Assembly: GCA_964401215.1 (NCBI GenBank)
Contig: CAYNXS010000002.1
Location: 1 to 51,142 of the forward strand
Reading direction: 5' to 3'
DNA: 51,142 nt
Source of the DNA: an uncultured Methanolinea sp.
GTDB taxonomy: Archaea; Halobacteriota; Methanomicrobia; Methanomicrobiales; Methanospirillaceae
Positions 39,037-46,026 of the stretch are shown piece by piece (position 1 is the stretch's first letter; every line of letters begins with the position of its first letter). The notes beneath the pieces are model-generated. The model saw only the letters and a list, made by a program, of their open reading frames with translations, did not search any database and was not told the origin of the DNA. The position numbers and the translations under genes are program-made.

Positions 39037-39822
39037 ATGGTCAGGGTATTTACCGTTGCATCCGGAAAAGGGGGGACCGGAAAAACCACAACAACAGTCA
39101 ATCTCGGCACGAGTCTGGCCCAGTTCGGGAAGAACACCATTATCATGGATGCCGATATCGGGATGGCAAACCTTGGATTGGCCCTTGGACTCGAGGATGC
39201 ACCGATAACACTCCATGAGGTTCTTGCCGGTAAAGCCAATATCCACGAAGCTATCTACGATGGCCCGGCAGATGTAAAGGTTGTCCCAAGCGGGATATCA
39301 CTCCAGGGATTTCAGCAGGCAAATCCGGAACGACTCAAGGACGTCCTGAAAGAACTCGTGGAGGAATGTGATTTCCTCATCATCGATGCCCCCGCAGGTA
39401 TCAGCCGTGACGGTGTAATACCACTCGCTGTGGCTGATGATGTGATCCTGGTGGTCAACCCTGAGCTCTCTTCTATCGTTGATGCATTAAAGACCAAGAT
39501 ACTCACGGAAGTCGTCGGGGGACACGTGCTCGGTGTCATTATCAACCGCGTGGGTACTGAAAAGACAGAGGTCGTGAAGCAAAAGATGGAGAAAGTGCTC
39601 GGGGTTCAGGTGATAGGAACGATTCCTGAAGACCCGAATGTCAGGAAGGCTGCCTCCTTCAAGACACCTGTCGTAATCAAGTATCCTTTATCCCCTGCAT
39701 CGGTGGCCATCAAGAACCTGGCAGCGGAACTCGCAGGAATCCCGATAGAACAACGAGGGGCAGAGACCCAGGATAAATTCATCGAGAGATTTGCAAAAGT
39801 ACTGTTCAGGGGGAAAAAATGA
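39037..39822 (+). CDS. minD: MinD/ParA-family ATPase with a C-terminal amphipathic helix
   Basis: It has the deviant Walker A motif ASGKGGTGKTTTT, then IIMDADIGMANL and LIIDAPAG. The C-terminal DKFIERFAKVLFRGKK looks like a membrane-targeting amphipathic helix. A GGAGGG Shine-Dalgarno sequence lies 4 nt upstream. Confidence 0.85.
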   Translation: MVRVFTVASGKGGTGKTTTTVNLGTSLAQFGKNTIIMDADIGMANLGLALGLEDAPITLHEVLAGKANIHEAIYDGPADVKVVPSGISLQGFQQANPERLKDVLKELVEECDFLIIDAPAGISRDGVIPLAVADDVILVVNPELSSIVDALKTKILTEVVGGHVLGVIINRVGTEKTEVVKQKMEKVLGVQVIGTIPEDPNVRKAASFKTPVVIKYPLSPASVAIKNLAAELAGIPIEQRGAETQDKFIERFAKVLFRGKK

Positions 39823-40016
39823 CGCTGGAGATGATCCTGCTCATCGTCAGCAGCCTGGTTATTCTGTTCCTCCTTATTCTTGTCGTCTTTATGTATATCA
39901 GGATTCGACAGCTGGTAAGGGATTTCGAACTGCTCGAATCACAGATTATGGTCACAGATTCAGAATTTGACGCCCTGATGCAGAATGTTGATGAGATAGG
40001 ACATCTCAAGATCTGA
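39819..40016 (+). CDS. Small single-pass membrane protein, translationally coupled to minD
   Basis: 65 aa: MTLEMILLIVSSLVILFLLILVVFMYIRIRQ followed by an acidic helix. There is an ATGA overlap with the minD stop. Confidence 0.5.
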   Translation: MTLEMILLIVSSLVILFLLILVVFMYIRIRQLVRDFELLESQIMVTDSEFDALMQNVDEIGHLKI

Positions 40017-40043
40017 TGCACCAGCGAGAATCCGCCCTCTCTC

Positions 40044-40048
40044 TTTTT
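40044..40048 (+). terminator. Short oligo-T tract after the minD operon
   Basis: The sequence ctcTTTTTcatc lies 28 nt after the stop at 40016, in a convergent intergenic region. This is weak evidence. Confidence 0.25.
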
Positions 40049-40216
40049 CATCATCCCTGGAGCCAAGAACCGATTCCCGTATGTTTGAGCAAAGGGTATG
40101 AAAAAAATTATGAAAAAGGTTGCACCTTATGATTCATCTGAAAATTGTTGGAAACTCTCCATCCCATTTGCCAGTGTTAAGTGGAGTAGCGAGATATGAA
40201 GAGTGAATTTTAGGAT

Positions 40217-41776
40217 TCACTCTGCCCTGTTTTTAATCTGGAACACGCAGTGCTCGTCTCCCTTTGACCTGCACTTAACCTCCCTGGCCTGGACTTTTAT
40301 TCCGAATGCACCTTCAACAATGCCGGCGAGAAGCCCGGCAGTGCAGTAACAGACGTTTTTCCCGATATTCCCGAAGGACTCGGACTCAACGGTATGGGAG
40401 AGGGTAATCGTCTTTGTCTTGGTGGCCTCGTCCCACTCCTCCTTGACTAAGTTGAACCAGCCCATCTGGGAATAGAAGGCAAACGCCATGTCGCAGATTG
40501 TCTTGGGATTGATCTTTCGCAGTTTCTCTTCCATTAACGGGCCGTAGACAATCTCTTCAGGAATTCCGACAAAAAGGATACCTATGATCTCATCTGCGGA
40601 ATTCCTGATTGGCTCATACGCCACGACCATCTTTTTCCCAACCACATCTGCAGTGCCATAATAGGTCTGCCCTTTGTTGATCACGGCATCGTAGACAATA
40701 CTTGAAATCTCAGTTCCAACAGCCCGCTTGCCGTCAGCCCCAACAACGTTGGTAGATACACGGATAGCCTTATCACCGACTTTCTGGAAGACGGTAGCCT
40801 TGCTGCCCAAGTCCTTTTCAATGGAATCGACAACCTCAAAGTTATTGTTGACGATATGGCTGCCAAACGCAATCTGGCCTCCGGAAACTGAAGGAGCCCC
40901 GTGTGCTGCGAAACGGCTGTGCAGCTGGTTGAGATCCGCGTCAAGCTTGGTCCTGGAGAGGTCATATGAGATACTCATTTTCTTGTAGTGTTCCACATTC
41001 TCCTTTCCCATGTCCATGTAGGCACGGTAGTTGACCCCGCTTGCCGGCGCCTCTCCCATGGTCTTCTTCAACGAATTGGTCATGGACGTGAAGATGAACC
41101 GGGGCATCATGACAACCGGTTCATCCATGAGGGAGATCTTGCCCTCCAGGGGCTTATGTTCAATGAATTCGGTGATGGCCGAATCGCCCTTGACCACCGC
41201 TTCGGCCTTGAATTTCCAGCTCGCGGGAACCTGATCTGCCTGGAACGTACAGTATTCATCACCCTTCGCATGGCAGGTCTTCTCAAGGCAAAACCAATTT
41301 TTCCCGGTAATCGCCATCAGGATTCCTTCGATCCATCCCTGGTGAATCCCACAGACGGGCATCTTCCAATCCTTGAGGATCTCAGATTCAAACGTCTTCT
41401 TGCACCTGAGCACTATCCGCTTGTCACTGGCTTCAACGAGCTCGAAGGGAGCTCCCCACCCCTGCTGGTGCTGGAGCTTGAAGACAAGCATCAGGAATTC
41501 CTCGGGTTTCAGGTTCATTCCGAGTTTCTTCAAAAGGTTGTTGAGACCGACGGAGCCCTTGCCCACAGAACGGAAAATCTTGCGCATGGCCTTATTGGCA
41601 AGTTTCTTATCCAGGTTGGCTTCGTACATCTCATACAGAGCTTTTATGAGATAATTCGGGTTACTTGCAGTCCTTACTCCAAAACAGGTGGTGACTCCTT
41701 CAGCAGGGTTCATCTGCATATAGGCAGAAATATCCTTGCTCCCATTGAGGATGGCCTCAAAATCTTGTTTATCCAT
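40217..41776 (-). CDS. Cytoplasmic sensor-like protein: V4R-type domain, Cache-like domain, V4R-type domain, with no output domain
   Basis: I trimmed the start to the ATG at 41776 (MDKQDFEAIL), which has a GAGGAG Shine-Dalgarno sequence upstream. There are two V4R-like ends: VCGIHQGWIEGILMAITG...EKTCHAKGDEYCTFQ and CYCTAGLLAGIVEGAFG...EVKCRSKGDEHCVFQI. The central block ATVFQKVGDKAIRVSTNVVGADGKRAVGTEI...TYYGTADVVGKKMVVAYEPIRNSADEIIGILFVGI matches the Cache_3/Cache_2-type pattern. I see no transmembrane segment. Confidence 0.65.
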   Translation of the reverse strand: MDKQDFEAILNGSKDISAYMQMNPAEGVTTCFGVRTASNPNYLIKALYEMYEANLDKKLANKAMRKIFRSVGKGSVGLNNLLKKLGMNLKPEEFLMLVFKLQHQQGWGAPFELVEASDKRIVLRCKKTFESEILKDWKMPVCGIHQGWIEGILMAITGKNWFCLEKTCHAKGDEYCTFQADQVPASWKFKAEAVVKGDSAITEFIEHKPLEGKISLMDEPVVMMPRFIFTSMTNSLKKTMGEAPASGVNYRAYMDMGKENVEHYKKMSISYDLSRTKLDADLNQLHSRFAAHGAPSVSGGQIAFGSHIVNNNFEVVDSIEKDLGSKATVFQKVGDKAIRVSTNVVGADGKRAVGTEISSIVYDAVINKGQTYYGTADVVGKKMVVAYEPIRNSADEIIGILFVGIPEEIVYGPLMEEKLRKINPKTICDMAFAFYSQMGWFNLVKEEWDEATKTKTITLSHTVESESFGNIGKNVCYCTAGLLAGIVEGAFGIKVQAREVKCRSKGDEHCVFQIKNRAE

Positions 41777-41880
41777 TGTTTCAGACTCCTCAAACCAGAT
41801 ATCTGCTGTGCACTCAAATAAAATTGGTGTATGCTGGCCACCCCATCCCCATGTCGGGGATATCATGGGGAGCAGGAAAA

Positions 41881-42504
41881 TCAGGAAATATCCAGGGTCA
41901 CAATCTGGTTGAGAAGCCCTGCATGAAACTCGAACTCGTATACCCGCGTGGAGAGGTCTTTTTCATGGACCACACACTCATACTTCCCAAAAAGCAGCCT
42001 GAATGATACTTTCCCCTCTGAACTTGTAGTATCGCTGCCTATGACCTGGCCAGCTCTCCTGATCGAGATTCGGCGACCCTGCACTGGGTTGCCCCCCATG
42101 ATCAGCTTCATGGCAAAGATGCCGGCTCCGGTCTCGCCAACCTTCTTCATCTCAGGAATGTCGCATGCTTTTCCCCTGTTGAAAAGGTTCCTGTCAAAGA
42201 CACGACATCCCAGCGTGATGCGCTCGATAAGGGGAGGATCCTCGGGGTAGAACATGAACTGCTCATTCCCTTTCAGGAGGTAGATGGCCTTGTTCCCAAA
42301 CAGGCATCCCTTGTCATCGTAAAGGATTGCGCCATCAGGTTCCCCTTCATAAAAGAGGATGTACCACTCCTGACGCTTTTCCGCAGATTTTCCAATGCCA
42401 CAAAGAGCGTTGTTTTTTGCCTTTTCAAGAAGCGCCTGCAGGGAATAAGGTCCCTCCCCGGATGAACCTTCAAGGACCGATTCCAGAACCTCCCTGCTGG
42501 TCAT
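41881..42504 (-). CDS. Hypothetical protein: N-terminal small module (weak PATAN/DUF4388-like?) plus a C-terminal beta-sandwich-like region
   Basis: 207 aa. CGIGKSAEKRQEWYILFYEGEPDGAILYDDKGCLFGNKAIYLL loosely matches the module seen in two neighbouring proteins. The C-terminal GNPVQGRRISIRRAGQVIGSDTTSSEGKVSFRLLFGKYECVV resembles CarboxypepD_reg/PEGA-type strands. Confidence 0.45.
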   Translation of the reverse strand: MTSREVLESVLEGSSGEGPYSLQALLEKAKNNALCGIGKSAEKRQEWYILFYEGEPDGAILYDDKGCLFGNKAIYLLKGNEQFMFYPEDPPLIERITLGCRVFDRNLFNRGKACDIPEMKKVGETGAGIFAMKLIMGGNPVQGRRISIRRAGQVIGSDTTSSEGKVSFRLLFGKYECVVHEKDLSTRVYEFEFHAGLLNQIVTLDIS

Positions 42505-42650
42505 AGTGTATCAAACCCAGTCGATCTCATCTGCCACTGCCATGATTCAACCATGGGCGGATTTATCAGCGAGCGTATCCGGGACATTGTATCTTACTCG
42601 CGAAATGGAGAGAATTTCCAGATGCCGCTCCATGGCGCGGCGGTGGGACC

Positions 42651-43481
42651 ATGCATAAGAACCTGCACGACTCATATGTACCTGTATCCATGATAATCCC
42701 TCTGGCCATAGGTGCGGCAGCCGTGTTATGTACTTTTTGTTACGCGTCTTACCGCGACCTGAAAGAGAGGAGAGTTCCCTTTGCCACATGGTATCCAATG
42801 CTGGCAGTCGCAATCCCAATGGCGTTCTGGTTCTATATGGGTGTATGGACCCGGAACGGATGGGAGACCGTTGCATATTTTCTCATCCTCACCATCATCT
42901 TCTCAGCCGTATTCTACCTTTTCGCATGGGTCAACCTTTTCGGGGGGGCAGATGCATGGGCTCTCATATTCCTTTCCGCATCAGTCCCTGCGTTCCCACT
43001 CGAACCTCTCACAGGATATCCTCCACTTGGGTTCTTTCCATTCACTGTTCTTGTGAATGCGCTTATCCTGAACCTTTTCACTCCTCTTTTTCTTTTCATG
43101 AGGAATCTCTTCAAAGGCCACCGGGCCCCATTTCCGTATATGTTCCTGGGTTTCCCCCTGCCCTCGGACTCATTGCCAAAAGCCTATGGATTCATCATGG
43201 AAGAGATTGAAGAAGAGGCGGACGGCTCACTGAAAAGGCGTTTTATACGCCCAGGGGAAGCATTGCAGAAGATGGTATCCGGGAAGAAGAGGGTCTATAC
43301 GAAGGAACTGCGCCTCCACCCGGAGAAATATACCCATGAAATGGCCCTGTATTCGAAGGCGGGGCACGTCTGGATCTCCTACGGGATACCATTCATTGTT
43401 CCCCTCACGGCAGGGATGATTTCTGCTCTCTTCTTCGGAGATATCCTCTTCTTTGCGATGAAAATCCTGGCTGGTGTCTAG
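42651..43481 (+). CDS. Archaeal type IV prepilin/preflagellin peptidase (A24 family, FlaK/PibD/EppA-like)
   Basis: 276 aa and polytopic. The first catalytic Asp context is [13 protein letters not shown] and the second is [10 protein letters not shown] soluble insert ([15 protein letters not shown]...) precedes the last transmembrane segment, as in FlaK-type enzymes. The 3' end overlaps hisI by 8 nt. Confidence 0.75.
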   Translation: MHKNLHDSYVPVSMIIPLAIGAAAVLCTFCYASYRDLKERRVPFATWYPMLAVAIPMAFWFYMGVWTRNGWETVAYFLILTIIFSAVFYLFAWVNLFGGADAWALIFLSASVPAFPLEPLTGYPPLGFFPFTVLVNALILNLFTPLFLFMRNLFKGHRAPFPYMFLGFPLPSDSLPKAYGFIMEEIEEEADGSLKRRFIRPGEALQKMVSGKKRVYTKELRLHPEKYTHEMALYSKAGHVWISYGIPFIVPLTAGMISALFFGDILFFAMKILAGV

Positions 43482-43863
43482 CGTGCTCAGACTAAACTAC
43501 AAGGACGGACTTGTCCCGGTCGTGGTGCAGGATGCTTGTACCCGGGATGTATTGATGGTGGCGTATGCCAATGCACAGGCGGTTGAACTCACCAGGGAGA
43601 CCGGTTTTGGCCATTACTACTCCCGGAGCAGGAAGAAATTGTGGAAGAAGGGTGAAGAGAGCGGACACCTGCAGAGAGTGCTCCGGGTTCTTGTTGACTG
43701 CGACGAAGATTGCATCCTTTACGAAGTTGAGCAGTCAGGGGCAGCCTGCCATATGGGATACCGATCCTGCTTCTTCAGGACTGTTGACGGGGAGATCGTG
43801 GCAGAAAAAGTCTTTGATCCCGACATGGTATACCAGAAGAAGACCCCTTCCTCGTCTTCATGA
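43474..43863 (+). CDS. hisI: Phosphoribosyl-AMP cyclohydrolase
   Basis: LVPVVVQD...[11 protein letters not shown]...[18 protein letters not shown]...[26 protein letters not shown]. The start codon is GTG (43474 or 43483). Confidence 0.85.
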   Translation: MSSVLRLNYKDGLVPVVVQDACTRDVLMVAYANAQAVELTRETGFGHYYSRSRKKLWKKGEESGHLQRVLRVLVDCDEDCILYEVEQSGAACHMGYRSCFFRTVDGEIVAEKVFDPDMVYQKKTPSSSS

Positions 43864-44037
43864 CCGGTTCGGGGAGTTCCCCAATACCTCCGTCTGTTTT
43901 CCGGATGAACAAGATGGGGATTCTCCACCTCTTTTTTACCTGACAGAACTTTCATGTATTTCCTCGAGTAATAATAATCGTGGACATAATACAGAAGGAC
44001 GGGGGGCCATATACACTGCTGATGAAAGATACCTCCA

Positions 44038-45984
44038 GTGGCAAAAATACGCCCGATACCCGCCAGAATCCACAAAATAGAACCAAAAAAACAGGTGAGG
44101 CTTTTGAAAGTAGTACCGGATACAAGTGTCGTAATAGACGGTCGCATCACCTCCATGATACAAACTGGAGAATATAAGGGTGCATCAATAATAATCCCGG
44201 AAGCAGTGGTCGCAGAACTCGAAGCACAGGCAAATCAGGGACGGGAAATAGGATTTTCGGGGCTGACCGAGCTTCAGGCGTTATGCAAACTTGCAGAGGA
44301 AGGCACTATTGAGCTCAAGTTCGTGGGCGTGCGTCCAAGCCTTGAACAGGTAAAGCTCGCCAGCGGCGGAGAGATCGATGCCCTTATTCGAAATGCTGCG
44401 ATCGAGAACAATGCAAAGTTCATCACAAGCGACGTGGTCCAGGCCGAGGTTGCCAAAGCCAAGGGGCTCGATGTGATTTACTTAAAGCCCCAGGTCGAGG
44501 GGTTCACTCCTCTTGGTATCGACCAGTTCTTCGATGAGCATACCATCGCCGTCTATCTCAAGGATAGAGTGTCCCCGATGGCCAAGAAGGGGACGGTCAA
44601 AGAGATGCGCCTTCTGAAAATTAGGGATCAGGTCAGCACTGACTACGAGTTGAGAAACCTTGCCCAGGAGATCCTGGAGAGGGCAAAACGCGATCCTGAC
44701 GGCTTCATCGAGCTTGAGAAGAGGGGAGTGACAGTCGTCCAGATCGGATCCATGAGGATCGCCATCACACGAAGGCCATTTTCAGATGGGATGGAGATCA
44801 CTGCAGTCCGCCCGATTGCTGATGTGAGCCTTGAACAGTTCAACAAAGCAAATATCATCAAGACAAGAATTGTCGGGGATAAGTGTGGCCTCCTGATTGC
44901 AGGCCCACCGGGCGGAGGTAAGACTACCCTTGCCCAGAGCATTGCTACCTATCTCGCGGACCATGGATACGTAGTCAAGACGATGGAGGCCCCACGCGAG
45001 CTTCAGGTCCCGGATCACATTACCCAGTATACCTCGCTTGACGGTAGCATGGAGAACACTGCGGATGTTCTCATGCTGGTAAGACCCGATTTTGTCATAT
45101 TCGATGAACTTCGGAAGAACGAGGATTTCCGGGTCTTTGCCGACATGCGCCTCGCTGGAATTGGGATGATAGGGGTCATCCATGCAATCGGTGCACACGA
45201 TGCCCTTCAACGCTTCTCGGACAGGGTTGATTTCGGTGTTCTCCCTCAGATCATCAATACTATCATTTTCGTCGATAAGGGAGAAATTACCAACATCTAC
45301 GATGTCGGTTTCACCATCAAGGTACCCGAAGGGATGTCCTCAGAAATCAACCTCCGGCCCGTGACCACGGTCTCCGATTATGAGACCGGCGATCTGGTCT
45401 TTGAGATCTTCAAATACGATGGCGAGACCATCGTGATGCCCGTCATGAATCCTATCGCAGCACCTGCACCCCTGAAATCCCCGGCAATGCCAAAAGAGGA
45501 GGAGAATACACAATGGAAGATCCTCGAGAAAGAGATCCAGAGGGAGATCGGACGGTATACCGACGGGTACGTGGATGTTCACATGCTCTCTGACTCAAAA
45601 GCAGTGGTCTATATAGAGGACAAGGATGTTCCGGCAGCCATCGGCAAGGGAGGTAAGAATATCGCTGCAATAGTGAACAAGGTGGGAATTGGTATCGACA
45701 TCAGGCCCAGGACCGAGCTTGAAAAGGCACCAGCACCTCCCACTCAGGAAGAAGAACTGCAGCTCGGCGGCGGGGTGAAGATACGCATGGACAAGAAGCA
45801 GCTGGCCATTATCTGCCCTGAGCAGGGCGGGAAGATCGTGGATGTCTTCTCGGGAAAGGAATACCTGTTCACCGCGACGGTCAACGACTCCGGGGAGATC
45901 CACCTTGCCAAGAATTCAACGATTGCACTCGAGCTCATCAAGCGATACAACGAGGGCGACATCATAAAACTGAGGCCGGTATAA
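44038..45984 (+). CDS. PIN-domain / P-loop ATPase / KH-domain protein (often labelled 'PilT-family ATPase' in archaea)
   Basis: The N-terminus is PIN-like ([14 protein letters not shown]...[12 protein letters not shown]), Walker A is [15 protein letters not shown], and the C-terminus is KH-like ([18 protein letters not shown]). The start is uncertain. The TTG at 44104 (MKVVPDTS), with GGTGAGG upstream, is a good alternative to the listed GTG at 44038. Confidence 0.75.
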   Translation: MAKIRPIPARIHKIEPKKQVRLLKVVPDTSVVIDGRITSMIQTGEYKGASIIIPEAVVAELEAQANQGREIGFSGLTELQALCKLAEEGTIELKFVGVRPSLEQVKLASGGEIDALIRNAAIENNAKFITSDVVQAEVAKAKGLDVIYLKPQVEGFTPLGIDQFFDEHTIAVYLKDRVSPMAKKGTVKEMRLLKIRDQVSTDYELRNLAQEILERAKRDPDGFIELEKRGVTVVQIGSMRIAITRRPFSDGMEITAVRPIADVSLEQFNKANIIKTRIVGDKCGLLIAGPPGGGKTTLAQSIATYLADHGYVVKTMEAPRELQVPDHITQYTSLDGSMENTADVLMLVRPDFVIFDELRKNEDFRVFADMRLAGIGMIGVIHAIGAHDALQRFSDRVDFGVLPQIINTIIFVDKGEITNIYDVGFTIKVPEGMSSEINLRPVTTVSDYETGDLVFEIFKYDGETIVMPVMNPIAAPAPLKSPAMPKEEENTQWKILEKEIQREIGRYTDGYVDVHMLSDSKAVVYIEDKDVPAAIGKGGKNIAAIVNKVGIGIDIRPRTELEKAPAPPTQEEELQLGGGVKIRMDKKQLAIICPEQGGKIVDVFSGKEYLFTATVNDSGEIHLAKNSTIALELIKRYNEGDIIKLRPV

Positions 45985-46026
45985 CCATTTTCTTTTATGT
46001 AAAAATTACGGAGAGGGTGAGAGGAC

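Noticed and set aside
40988-41821. 277-aa + strand ORF. Similar long shadow ORFs occur at 3692..4402, 14658..15266, 17725..18411, 21406..22140 and 36077..36643.
   Set aside because: All lie antisense to well-supported genes and have His/Arg/Pro-rich, motif-free translations typical of shadow ORFs in GC-biased coding DNA.
43719-44156. 145-aa minus-strand ORF spanning the hisI/PIN-ATPase gap, with a hydrophobic stretch
   Set aside because: It overlaps the hisI 3' end by about 145 nt and also the PIN-ATPase 5' end. It has no recognisable motif and is probably a chance ORF. The gap 43864-44037 is more likely a long leader or promoter region.
44038-45984. The 'PilT-family' PIN-ATPase-KH protein as a possible retraction ATPase for the neighbouring type IV filament locus
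   Set aside because: Its PIN, P-loop and KH architecture points to RNA metabolism. To my knowledge the gene is broadly conserved in Archaea regardless of pili. It is separated from the locus by hisI, so the adjacency is probably coincidental.
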